64,000 bases of DNA from a virus (taxonomy: Duplodnaviria; Caudoviricetes): IMG/VR virus record IMGVR_UViG_3300020576_002081, positions 20,861-84,860 of that record; one strand, given 5' to 3'. A model generated the notes under the pieces. That model was not told the DNA's origin. It saw only the letters and a program-made list of their open reading frames with translations, and made no database searches. The translations under genes were made by a program, and so were the position numbers. Shown piece after piece: positions 1 through 9,634 of the stretch; the first letter of the stretch is position 1; each line of letters opens with the position of its first letter.

Positions 1-426
1 GCAGACGATTTAGTAATGTCCTTTAAAGCTCAATACAGTCAATTTGAGAGTGTTATTGTATCTCCTGATAAAGATATATTGGGTATATGTGAAAAGAGCT
101 TTAATCCACGTAAAATGGAGTTTAATTATCATTCTGAAGAAGAAATTGTGGAGAATTTCTGGAAAAGTATGATAGTTGGAGATACTGCTGATAATATTAA
201 AGGAATTCCTGGTAAAGGACCTGCTTTTTTTAAGAATTTAACATTAAATGTTGATGATGAAGAAAGTATTAGAACTTTAATATTTGATGAATACATTAAT
301 CATTTTGGAGAATACGAAGCGATAAAAGAATTTACAAAAAATTATTTAAGTTTAAAAATTGTTGATACTGTGAATTTAGGAGAAATAAAACTTAATGAAG
401 TACTTAAAGTAAATTTTAGTGAGTAA
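1..426 (+). CDS. 5'-3' exonuclease / flap endonuclease (T5 exonuclease / Pol I N-terminal-like), 5'-truncated by window edge
   Basis: Frame is open from base 1 (ADDLVMSF...). Carries SPDKD and the helix-3-turn-helix motif GDTADNIKGIPGKG. Confidence 0.85.
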   Translation, partial: ADDLVMSFKAQYSQFESVIVSPDKDILGICEKSFNPRKMEFNYHSEEEIVENFWKSMIVGDTADNIKGIPGKGPAFFKNLTLNVDDEESIRTLIFDEYINHFGEYEAIKEFTKNYLSLKIVDTVNLGEIKLNEVLKVNFSE

Positions 427-1009
427 AAGAATAGAGATACTAGGTAAAAAAGCAACAAAAACTCATACATTTGTATTACCTATGTGTGATGTAAGTAGTA
501 GGTTATTATCAGATAATTTTATTAATTCTTATATATCAAATGATTGTTTAGTACTGGTGTTTGAATCTATACAAGGTGATAATCCTAGTTATGCTAAATT
601 TTTAAATTATATAAGCTTTAATAATAATTTCCTTAGTTCTGAGAAAGAAGGGGATGAAGAGATATTCTTCTTTAGAATACCACCTCATTATCAAAATGAT
701 TTCCAATTATTTAAAGAAGGTAAATATAGTAAATTTTCAGAGGGGTTTAAAGAATTGCTTATAAAACATTATGGTAGAGTTTCTATACAAAACAATCATA
801 CAGTAACTGTTTATAATACAATATACCCACAGGAATTCAAGAGAAAGCAGATAGCAGAACATTATAATGTGGAGTTAAATTATGTTCCTGAAGAAGTTTT
901 AGATATTCCTAATTTAGAATTTGAAACATACAAATCAATAAAACAAATCGAAGAAGAACAAAATACAAAACAACTAGTATATGACAAAAAGCAACAAAAT
1001 ATTGTCTGA
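419..1009 (+). CDS. hypothetical phage protein
   Basis: 196-aa ORF with GTG start, overlapping both neighbours in an operon-like layout. No motif recognised. Confidence 0.7.
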   Translation: MSKRIEILGKKATKTHTFVLPMCDVSSRLLSDNFINSYISNDCLVLVFESIQGDNPSYAKFLNYISFNNNFLSSEKEGDEEIFFFRIPPHYQNDFQLFKEGKYSKFSEGFKELLIKHYGRVSIQNNHTVTVYNTIYPQEFKRKQIAEHYNVELNYVPEEVLDIPNLEFETYKSIKQIEEEQNTKQLVYDKKQQNIV

Positions 1010-3859
1010 AATTACAATTTTTAACAAATATGCAAAATACAAATCTGAATTAAAACGACGTGAAACTTGGAATGAAATATGTGATAGATATGAAAACATG
1101 TTGGTTCAAAGATATTCTCATTTAGAGGCTGAAATAAAAAACAACATGCTTTATATTAGAAATAAACAAATTTTACCAAGTATGAGAGCTATGCAATTTG
1201 CTGGTGCTCCAATATTTAAAAATGAAAGTAGGATATACAATTGTGCGTATTTTCCTATAGATGATTATAGAGCCTTTAGTGAAGGTATATTTTTGTTGCT
1301 TGGTGGAACAGGAGTTGGTTATTCTATTCAAAAACAACATGTAGCAAAACTACCAACAATAAATAAACCTAATAAATCTAAAAAGTATATGATTACTGAC
1401 AGTTTAGAAGGATAAAAACGCCTGTCCTTATAAAAGCCATTTAATTGCTGGAAACTCCTAAAGACTATAAAACTACAACAAAATATGAAAATATATTTGT
1501 GAATGTTAAAAATTTTTAGTATATTAATAGTATGAAAGAAGATACTATATATGGACAATCAGCAGCTAAGCTCCTTCTAAATGGAGAAAGTTCAACGACT
1601 ATCCCTTCGGGGAGTACTCCTTTAAAAAAGGAGGAAAAGGTGGCATTATTTAATTTTTATGTTTTAATAGATCCAAGAGATAATAAACCTAAATACATAG
1701 GTAGAACAGTAGATCCTAAATCAAGATTAAGAAATCATTTTTATGAAGCTAAAAAGAATAATAAAACTAAAAAAGAAAGATGGTTAAATTTACTTAATAA
1801 ATTAGGTAAAATACCAAAAATGAGAATTCTACATTCAAGAATTTGTTCAATAACAAAAGCAATTGAATTAGAAAAAAGATTAGTTTTATGGTTTAGTAAA
1901 TATTATGATTTAAAAAATCAACCTGATAATTATTTAGGTGCTGTTTTAAATGGAAAAACTGTTCACCAATATAATTTAAAAGGTAAATATTTAGCTAGTT
2001 ATGCTAATAGCAACCAAGCTTATTTAATTACAGGGATAAAAGATTGTAATATAGGAAGAGCTTGTAAAAATTTAGGAAAATACACTTGCAAAAGTGCTGG
2101 TGGATATTTATGGTCATATGAATTATATGATTCATATCCTTATAAATATAATGATAATGTTAAAGATTTTACAGGAAAACCTGTACAAATGTTTTCTAAA
2201 AATTTTGAATTCATAAAAGAATTTAAAACTGCTAGATTAGCATCTGTTGAAACAGGAATTTCTTGGAAATTAATATCTTCTTGTTGTATAAAAAAACATA
2301 TTCCTCGTAAAAGTAATTTTATTTGGAGATTTAAATAATATGATATAGTCTGACTATATTAGAAATAATATAGATTTTGCATCGGGGCTGATGCTGTAAA
2401 AGCTTTAGTTAAATCTTATTTAACAGATAGTCAATATAAACCAAGATTTGATTATGGTGATATAAGACCTAAAGGAACTAGATTAAAAACTGCTGGTGGA
2501 AAAGCTCCAGGACCAGAGCCTTTAAAAATAGCATTAACTCACATTGAAGCTATATTTGAAAGGAAGAATAATGGAGATAAATTAACACCATTAGATTGCC
2601 ACGATATTATGTGCCATTTAGCAGATGCTGTATTATCAGGTGGAATTAGACGTTCAGCAATGATAGCTTTATTTTCACATGACGACCATGAAATGATGGA
2701 ATGTAAGTTTGGTAATTGGTGGGAACATTCACCTATGAGAGGAAGGGCTAATAATTCGTGTGTATTAGATAGGAATGAAATAACTGAAGATCAATTTAAA
2801 GAAATTTGGTCTAAAGTTGAAATGTCTGGTTCAGGTGAACCTGGAGTTTACTGGACAAATAATAAATATTGGGGTACAAATCCGTGTTGTGAAATAGCAC
2901 TTAGACCTTACCAATTCTGCAATCTTTGCGAGGTAAATGTAAGTGATATTCAATCCCAATCAGATTTAAATAAAAGAGTTGAAATAGCCTCTTTCTTTGG
3001 TACTTTACAAGCAGGCTTTACAGATTTCCATTATTTAAGAAGTATATGGAAAAAAACAACTGAAGAAGATGCCTTAATTGGTGTTGGAATGACTGGTATA
3101 GCTAGCGGTAAAGTGTTAGGTTTAAATTTAACAGAAGCTGCTGGTGTAGTAAAGTACGAAAATCAAAGAATAGCTAATATTATTGGTATTAATGTAGCTG
3201 CTAGAACAACAACTATTAAACCTTCGGGTACAACAAGTTGTGTTTTAGGAACAAGTAGTGGTATACACGCTTGGCACAATGATTATTATTTAAGACGTAT
3301 TAGGGTTATGAAAAATGATCCTTTATATGCTTATATGTATATGTATCATGATAAAATGATTGAAGATGATAAACTTAAATCACATGATACAGCAATAATC
3401 ACAATACCACAAGAAGCACCAGAAGGTTCAATATTAAGAACTGAAAGTGCTATGGATTTATTAGAAAGAATTAATAAATTCAATTTAGAATGGGTTAAAG
3501 CAGGTCATAATAAAGGTGATAATACAAACAATGTAAGTGCTACTGTTAGTATTGATAAAAGTAGAATATATGTAGATCCACCACTGTCTAAAATGGACTA
3601 TGAAAATAGATCTGATGAATGGCAAATGGTAGGTAGGTGGATGTGGAATAACAGAAACTATTACAATGGTATTAGTGTACTACCATATGACAATGGTAGT
3701 TACATACAAGCACCTTTTGAAAATTGCACGAAAGAACAATTCTTAGAATTGAGTAAAAATTTAAACGAAATTGATTTAACCAAAGTTATTGAAGATGATG
3801 ATAATGTAAACTTTACAGAGAATCTAGCTTGTGGGCCTGATGGATGTGAGGTTAAATAA
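981..3859 (+). CDS. nrdJ: Class II (adenosylcobalamin-dependent, monomeric RTPR-type) ribonucleotide reductase; spliced, exons 981-1413 and 2385-3859 (635 aa)
   Basis: Exon 1 has LPSMRAMQFAG, RIYNCA and LLGGTGVGYS. Joining T1413 to G2385 restores ...DSLEG-W-ADAVKAL... in frame. Exon 2 has GGKAPGP, SGGIRRSA, NPCCEI, TIKPSGT and a C-terminal CGPDGC redox pair. Confidence 0.93.
1414..2384 (+). mobile_element. Group I intron (IA2-like) in nrdJ, with homing endonuclease in loop L8
   Basis: Exon ends in U and intron ends in G. IGS GCCTGTCCTT pairs with the 5' exon AAGGAT (P1, U-G) and the 3' exon GGGC (P10). Core elements: AATTGCTGGAAA, AATCAGCAG, AAGTTCAACGACTA, ATGATATAGTC. P8 is ATTATTTAA/TTAAATAAT, flanking the ORF. 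Confidence 0.93.
1640..2338 (+). CDS. Intron-encoded GIY-YIG homing endonuclease with two C-terminal NUMOD1-like repeats
   Basis: FYVLIDPRDNKPKYIGRT...R..H (GIY-YIG variant). Repeats VHQYNLKGKYLASY..S..A and VQMFSKNFEFIKEFKT...A. Likely GTG start at 1640 after AAGGAGG; the ORF-track start at 1532 lies inside the intron core. Confidence 0.85.
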   Translation: MALFNFYVLIDPRDNKPKYIGRTVDPKSRLRNHFYEAKKNNKTKKERWLNLLNKLGKIPKMRILHSRICSITKAIELEKRLVLWFSKYYDLKNQPDNYLGAVLNGKTVHQYNLKGKYLASYANSNQAYLITGIKDCNIGRACKNLGKYTCKSAGGYLWSYELYDSYPYKYNDNVKDFTGKPVQMFSKNFEFIKEFKTARLASVETGISWKLISSCCIKKHIPRKSNFIWRFK

Positions 3860-3865
3860 TAAATA

Positions 3866-4372
3866 ATGAGTAAAGAAAACTTTAATTTAGAAAGCTTAAA
3901 TAGACCAGCTAATGCTAAAGAATACGAGGGGATTAAAAAGTCCCCTTGTACTTTACATGATAAAGAAACGCAAATTGCTGAACAAGTTGAAAGATTAAAA
4001 GAAATAAATCAGAAAATTTTGATTAAAGAAGCTTCAAAAGCTTTAAAAAATGATTCTGGAAAGCCTGAATATAGTAATTTACCTAGAAAAGCCTTATTAG
4101 AGGTAGTCAGGGTTATGACATACGGTAAACAAAACTATGGTAAATACAATTATTCTGGTGAAATAGAGTCTAGTAGATTAACAGATGCTTTAGAAAGACA
4201 TCTTAATAAATATCTTATGAATGAAGATATTGATGAATCATCATATCATCATATAGCTCATGTAGCTGCAAATGCTCTAATGTTATTAGATGGTATCTTA
4301 ACCAAACAGGTTATTGATGATCGTAACAAAATATACAAATCTAATGAACAAAAAACAACAACAAATCTATAA
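3866..4372 (+). CDS. dATP/dGTP diphosphohydrolase-domain protein (DUF5664-like)
   Basis: KNDSGKPEYSNLP..AL.EV.RVMTYG..NYG..N...DALERH......DES..HHIAH.AANAL.L pattern. Confidence 0.8.
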   Translation: MSKENFNLESLNRPANAKEYEGIKKSPCTLHDKETQIAEQVERLKEINQKILIKEASKALKNDSGKPEYSNLPRKALLEVVRVMTYGKQNYGKYNYSGEIESSRLTDALERHLNKYLMNEDIDESSYHHIAHVAANALMLLDGILTKQVIDDRNKIYKSNEQKTTTNL

Positions 4373-5399
4373 TTGGTTACTTGAACATCCTGGATACTTA
4401 AAATCAGGTTTTGATAAAATACTTGAAATTAGAAAATGGAACGATAGTCCTATTGATTTAGAAATAGCACTTAAACAAGCTAAATTAGATCATAAAAGTA
4501 AAGTTAATAACTCTGTAACAGCTGAAATTGTAAAAGAAGCTATGAGAATAACTTCAAAAGATGTAATGGCACCTTTAGTAGTTAGAAAAGGTATTATTAA
4601 ACCTTTTAAACAACTTTTACCTAAAAGTGAGGTAATTATACCAAAAACTAATAAAAGTCCTTTAAAACGCCTATATTTTGATTTAGAAACTAGTCCTAAC
4701 ATAGTTTATTCATGGAATGTTGGTTATAAACTTAATATTGGTTATGAGAACATTATTAAAGAAAGAGCTATCATTTGTGCTTGTTATAAATGGGAAGGAA
4801 GTGATGACGTTGGGTATTTAACATGGAATGATGGTGATGATGGAGAATTAGTATATCGTTTGTATGATATATTAATGAGTGCTGATGAAGTAGTTGGTCA
4901 TAATGGTGATAATTATGATTTGAAATGGTTTAGAACTAGATGTTTATTTCATGGTATTATGAATATGCCTGATATTAAATCTATTGATACTTTAAAACTA
5001 TCAAGAAAATCTTTTAGATTTAATTCTAATAGATTAGATTATATTGGTCAATTCTTAAAACTTGGTAAAAAGATGGAAACTGGAGGGTTTGATCTTTGGA
5101 AACGTATAGTTTCTAACAACGATCAAGAAGCTATTAAGAAAATGGTTGAATATTGTATGCAGGATGTTGAATTACTTGAAAAAGTATATAATAAACTTTC
5201 TGGATATAGTAAAGCTAAAACACATGTAGGTGTATTAAATGGTAAATCACCATGTAGTTGTCCTAAATGTGCTAGTGAAAAGACTTATTCAAAAGGTAAC
5301 ATCATATCTAGTTTAGGTACTGTTAAAAAGAAAATGCAATGTATGGATTGTGGTTCTTATTTCACAATAAGTACAAAAGCTTACGAAAGTAGAGATTAA
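4344..5399 (+). CDS. DnaQ/RNase H-like 3'-5' exonuclease with C-terminal Zn ribbon
   Basis: YFDLET (ExoI), VGHNGDNYDL (ExoII), YCMQDV (ExoIII); CPKC...CMDC. Start taken at MNKKQ (4344). Confidence 0.82.
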   Translation: MNKKQQQIYNWLLEHPGYLKSGFDKILEIRKWNDSPIDLEIALKQAKLDHKSKVNNSVTAEIVKEAMRITSKDVMAPLVVRKGIIKPFKQLLPKSEVIIPKTNKSPLKRLYFDLETSPNIVYSWNVGYKLNIGYENIIKERAIICACYKWEGSDDVGYLTWNDGDDGELVYRLYDILMSADEVVGHNGDNYDLKWFRTRCLFHGIMNMPDIKSIDTLKLSRKSFRFNSNRLDYIGQFLKLGKKMETGGFDLWKRIVSNNDQEAIKKMVEYCMQDVELLEKVYNKLSGYSKAKTHVGVLNGKSPCSCPKCASEKTYSKGNIISSLGTVKKKMQCMDCGSYFTISTKAYESRD

Positions 5400-5410
5400 T
5401 TATTAAAAAT

Positions 5411-5440
5411 AAGGCTAGGGAGAAATCCTTAGCCTTTAAT
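5411..5440 (+). terminator. Probable intrinsic terminator
   Basis: Hairpin AAGGCTAGGG-AGAAAT-CCTTAGCCTT followed by a T/A-rich run in the intergenic gap. Confidence 0.6.
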
Positions 5441-5444
5441 TAAA

Positions 5445-5756
5445 TTGAATATGGATATTAGAGAAATTATAACAGAAAAACAACTTCCTTTTTCAGAAGA
5501 AAGGAAGAAAGTTAATGAAATATTAACAGAATTGTTTAATTCTAAACAAAAAGAATTAGAAGATTCATTAGAAGAAACTTGTGAAGTTAATTCACCATTA
5601 ACTTATATGCAACATCATGGTGGAATAGATAGTACTTATTATTTTGGTACAATATGGGGTACTGTAAAAGTATACATAGGAGATTCTCCTGAAGATTCTA
5701 AAGTTGAATTTTTAAAAAATCAAATATTAGGATTAATTAATAAAAATATTAAATGA
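5445..5756 (+). CDS. hypothetical protein
   Basis: 103-aa ORF, co-oriented, fills the gap between genes. Confidence 0.6.
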   Translation: MNMDIREIITEKQLPFSEERKKVNEILTELFNSKQKELEDSLEETCEVNSPLTYMQHHGGIDSTYYFGTIWGTVKVYIGDSPEDSKVEFLKNQILGLINKNIK

Positions 5757-5762
5757 TTAAAT

Positions 5763-6119
5763 ATGAAAAATATAAAAGTAATTAAAGTTAGTAATGAAGG
5801 TTTAGTATTTAACGACGGTACTAAATTATATTCAGATCATGAATCTGACTGTTGTGAACATCATGAATTAACATTTACAGATTTAACAATAGATGATTTT
5901 AAAGATTTAGAATTTGATTTAACAAATGATGATTTCTTTAAAAAAATAAAAGATTATGGAATTGAATTAATTCCTTTAAAAGGATTTCCTGTAAGAATAC
6001 CAGGGCATGGTTACAATAATGGTTATTATGGTACTAATATAGATTTAATTATTGAAAATGCGGAAGCTAAATTTTTTAAAAAATATGATATTACAGATTG
6101 TCAAGTTATTTACGAATAA
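5763..6119 (+). CDS. conserved hypothetical phage protein
   Basis: 118 aa with SDHESDCCE and NNGYYG motifs typical of a widespread small phage family. Confidence 0.65.
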   Translation: MKNIKVIKVSNEGLVFNDGTKLYSDHESDCCEHHELTFTDLTIDDFKDLEFDLTNDDFFKKIKDYGIELIPLKGFPVRIPGHGYNNGYYGTNIDLIIENAEAKFFKKYDITDCQVIYE

Positions 6120-6127
6120 AACAAAAT

Positions 6128-6547
6128 ATGAGAAATATATTCATATGTGATATCGATGGTACAGTAGCTCATAATAATGGTCATAGATCTTTTTATGATG
6201 AGTCTAAGGTATTTGATGATACTCCATTACCAACAGTTGAAATCATTAAATCGTTGATTGCTACTGGTGATAAAATCATATATGTTTCAGGTAGAAAAGA
6301 TTCTTGTAGACAAGAAACTATAAACTGGATAACTAAACATATAGACGATGAACCACCTTTACTATTAATGAGAAAACATAATGATAATAGACCAGATGAA
6401 ATTGTTAAATTAGAGATTTATGAAAAAGAAATTAAACCTCATTATAATATTACTGCTGTTTTTGACGATAGGTTAAAAGTATGTAAAATGTGGTATGATA
6501 TTGGTTTATTTGTATTAAATTGTAATCAAGGATTAATTGAATATTAA
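6128..6547 (+). CDS. HAD-family phosphatase, resembling the 3'-phosphatase domain of T4 polynucleotide kinase
   Basis: CDIDGT (motif I), VSGR (motif II), RPD..VK, VFDDR (motif IV). Confidence 0.85.
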   Translation: MRNIFICDIDGTVAHNNGHRSFYDESKVFDDTPLPTVEIIKSLIATGDKIIYVSGRKDSCRQETINWITKHIDDEPPLLLMRKHNDNRPDEIVKLEIYEKEIKPHYNITAVFDDRLKVCKMWYDIGLFVLNCNQGLIEY

Positions 6548-6549
6548 AT

Positions 6550-7008
6550 ATGAAAAGTATAAAAAGAATACCTATTGTGTTAAAACACATGAATTGGGAA
6601 CTATTTGTTGAACAAAATGTTCCAAACATAACTCAAACTGTTAAAAATCTTCTAGTTAGACGACTAGAAAATAATCATGATAATATCAAGAAAACTTGGG
6701 AAAGATATTATTACTTTAAATTAAGTAAAATTTTAATAGATTTGAATTATTTACCAGCTAGTAATAGATTAGAAGCAGTTAATGAATCAGACTGGTTGGT
6801 TAATAATAAATTATGTAGTCCTGAAGATATCTACTTTTGGTCTAGATCAAGAGATTCAACAGGTAATAAACTTTTAGAACCAGAATTAATTTTATTAAAA
6901 GATTTAAAAAACGATCACATATCAGCAATATTAGATTATTGCGAAGAAAATTCAATAACAATAATAGAAAATTACAAACAATATTTTAAAAAACGTTTAA
7001 ATAAATAA
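6550..7008 (+). CDS. hypothetical protein
   Basis: 152-aa ORF in tight operon. Confidence 0.65.
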   Translation: MKSIKRIPIVLKHMNWELFVEQNVPNITQTVKNLLVRRLENNHDNIKKTWERYYYFKLSKILIDLNYLPASNRLEAVNESDWLVNNKLCSPEDIYFWSRSRDSTGNKLLEPELILLKDLKNDHISAILDYCEENSITIIENYKQYFKKRLNK

Positions 7009-7010
7009 TT

Positions 7011-7895
7011 ATGAGCAACTATAGAATTCAACAATTTATAAATAATCAAGGTACTATATTCACAATGAATGAAAATAACATATCTGTTTTTAGTGATACG
7101 AACGGTCACTCATTTCATTTATTTTATTTATTAAATAAACCATTAACTTTTAAAATTCATTCGGTATTGTTTAGAAATACTACTAATGAAGAATATACTA
7201 GAAAATTTGTTTTAGGAGAAAATGTTTGGGGAGGCACTCCACGTATAAATCATGTTGTAAATAAATTTGATTTTGTTCCTGGTACAGGAGATTTGCTTAT
7301 AAATACTCCTTTAGGTAGCCTTCAACATACGTCTGTAAATAATCGACAAGAAGAAGTTGCTAGATTAGAAGCAGTAGCTCGTGAAAGAGCTTCTAGACAG
7401 CAACAACCTATTGCCCCTCAAACAACAAATCAACCAGCAACACAGAATAATTTCTTCAATGATTTACAAAGAAGAATTTTAGCTGATTATCCTAGAGGGT
7501 TAAGAGTTCAAGGACTTCTTAGAAAATCTAGAGGAGCAGCTGGTAGAAATGAAACTTTAAATCAATTTTTAGTTAAATTCTTTACTGATTGGAATACTAA
7601 TAAGAATACTTTGTTTACTGATGATGATAGTGTTCAAACAGTATCTGGTAGAAGAAGATCTTTAGGTGATTTATTTATGATTATTAAATATTATTATCCT
7701 AGAGTAACTCTTAAAGAATTATTTACAGAACTTAATAATTTGACTTCTAATACTTCAGGCATGAGAACATCTTATTGTTCTACTATTCGTAAAAGAGTAT
7801 GGTATTATTCAAGCTTTTCAAGTAATGATGTTTTAAATACTAATCAAACAGACGAATACGGAAATATTTATTCATCTTATAGCTCAAATATTTAA
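7011..7895 (+). CDS. hypothetical two-domain protein with Q/N-rich linker; C-terminal domain resembles ORF 10087-10572
   Basis: 294 aa; linker RQQQPIAPQTTNQPATQNN. Confidence 0.7.
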   Translation: MSNYRIQQFINNQGTIFTMNENNISVFSDTNGHSFHLFYLLNKPLTFKIHSVLFRNTTNEEYTRKFVLGENVWGGTPRINHVVNKFDFVPGTGDLLINTPLGSLQHTSVNNRQEEVARLEAVARERASRQQQPIAPQTTNQPATQNNFFNDLQRRILADYPRGLRVQGLLRKSRGAAGRNETLNQFLVKFFTDWNTNKNTLFTDDDSVQTVSGRRRSLGDLFMIIKYYYPRVTLKELFTELNNLTSNTSGMRTSYCSTIRKRVWYYSSFSSNDVLNTNQTDEYGNIYSSYSSNI

Positions 7896-7896
7896 T

Positions 7897-8376
7897 ATGA
7901 AAGGAATTATAAAAGAAAAACAAGGTTTATCAGAAGAATATAAGAAAAAAAACGCATTTACTGGTTTCGCTATGATAAATCCAACTACTGCTATGAATGG
8001 TAATATTACATTACCTTTAAGTAATTTTTCAGAAATAGATAAATACGCTAGAGCTTATAGAATAAATTTTACAATAACATCAGAAAATAATGCAATTTGT
8101 GACGTGTGGTGTGAAAATAATCCTACAGGTAATTGTCAATTAGTTAGTATTATATACGCTTTTCAATTAGCATCTTTTGAAAATGGTGCTCAAATGCTTA
8201 AAACAATGGTTAGTACCTATGGAAAATATCTTGCTTTATGTGATATTAATCAAAGATATTCAGAAAATTTTGAAAAGTTGTTTTCAAACAAAGAAGCTAT
8301 ACTTTTTAAAAATAATTATAAGAGTAGTAATAATTCATCAATGTGTATATATTTAATTAATACTAAATTTATTTAA
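7897..8376 (+). CDS. hypothetical protein
   Basis: 159-aa ORF in tight operon. Confidence 0.65.
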   Translation: MKGIIKEKQGLSEEYKKKNAFTGFAMINPTTAMNGNITLPLSNFSEIDKYARAYRINFTITSENNAICDVWCENNPTGNCQLVSIIYAFQLASFENGAQMLKTMVSTYGKYLALCDINQRYSENFEKLFSNKEAILFKNNYKSSNNSSMCIYLINTKFI

Positions 8377-8381
8377 GACTA

Positions 8382-9374
8382 ATGAAAACATTAAATTTAA
8401 TTGACTTAGAGAAGTCTGATATTAAATATAAAATAAGTAAATTTCCTGATGGTCAACAAAATATTGTTATTGATAATTCTCCTGATATAGATGGAGATAA
8501 ATTACCAGGTTATTATTATTTAGCTGGTCGAAGTAGAATATATACTAAAGAAAGTATAACAATTAAATCACGTCTAAACAACTGGTTAGACTTAGAGCTA
8601 ATCAGTTGTTCTATAGCTTGTTTAAAAGAATTAGGAGTAAAAGAAATACACTTGTACGTACCTTATATAGTAGGTGCTAGAAGTGATAGAAAGTTTACTG
8701 AAGGTTCTAACAACTATTTAAGAGATGTTATATGTCCTATATTAACTAGTATGCAATTTGAAACAATAACTTGCTTAGATGCTCATTCTTATTGTTTAGA
8801 AATGGGATTAAAAAATCTTAAAGTTATTAGTAATGAAAACTTAGTTAAGTGGGCCACATTAGATTTATATGATGCAATTGAAGAAAAAGGTCCTAACTCA
8901 AACTACCCTTGTATATTAGTATCACCAGATGCTGGAGCTTCACATAAAATCTATAAATTAGCTAAACAAATTGGTTATAAAGGAGATATTATTACTTGTT
9001 CTAAAGAAAGAGATACTGATGGTAAATTAACTAAAACGGTTGTACCTATTACTGATTCAATAATTAAATCTAAAAAAGATTATATTATTATTGATGATAT
9101 TTGTGATGGTGGTGCTACATTTATTAATATTGCAAAAGAAATTAAATCTACTTTTAGTATTTATAGTAAAACAGAAAAACCTAAAATCTACCTCATAGTA
9201 ACTCATGGTATATTCTCTAAAGGTTTTGATGAATTATCTAAATACTTTGATGGTATTTATTGTACTAATAGTTATAAGGATGTTCCTAAATATTATACAT
9301 CAATAATAAGTGGGGAACAATATCCAGTAAATAAAATAACTAATGAATTAATTAATCAATTAAACGTATTTTAA
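8382..9374 (+). CDS. prs: Ribose-phosphate pyrophosphokinase-like protein; candidate Adps (ADP-ribose pyrophosphate synthetase) of NARP1
   Basis: KFPDGQ, PYIVGARSDRKF, LDAHS, VSPDAGA, KERD, and the PRTase motif IIIDDICDGGATF, plus VTHGIFSKG. Confidence 0.85.
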   Translation: MKTLNLIDLEKSDIKYKISKFPDGQQNIVIDNSPDIDGDKLPGYYYLAGRSRIYTKESITIKSRLNNWLDLELISCSIACLKELGVKEIHLYVPYIVGARSDRKFTEGSNNYLRDVICPILTSMQFETITCLDAHSYCLEMGLKNLKVISNENLVKWATLDLYDAIEEKGPNSNYPCILVSPDAGASHKIYKLAKQIGYKGDIITCSKERDTDGKLTKTVVPITDSIIKSKKDYIIIDDICDGGATFINIAKEIKSTFSIYSKTEKPKIYLIVTHGIFSKGFDELSKYFDGIYCTNSYKDVPKYYTSIISGEQYPVNKITNELINQLNVF

Positions 9375-9375
9375 A

Positions 9376-9633
9376 ATGAGTGTAACAAAACAATTAACTT
9401 CATTAGCTGCTGGTTTAGCTGCAGGAAGTTATACAAATGATTATGTACTTGAACAATTAGGTGGTGATAAATCACTTTTTGATAGAGTATTAGGAATGGC
9501 TGCTGGACTTGGAGTAGGTTCAGTAGCCTCAAGTGTAACCAAATCAATATTAGATTCCGATATTGTTGATGATAGTCCTATAGGAGATATTATTGATAGT
9601 GTAGATGATTTTATTGGTGATATTTTTGACTAA
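9376..9633 (+). CDS. small glycine-zipper-like protein with acidic C-terminus
   Basis: LAAGLAAGS and GMAAGLGVGSVA small-residue helices; tail DSDIVDDSPIGDIIDSVDDFIGDIFD. Confidence 0.6.
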   Translation: MSVTKQLTSLAAGLAAGSYTNDYVLEQLGGDKSLFDRVLGMAAGLGVGSVASSVTKSILDSDIVDDSPIGDIIDSVDDFIGDIFD

Positions 9634-9634
9634 A

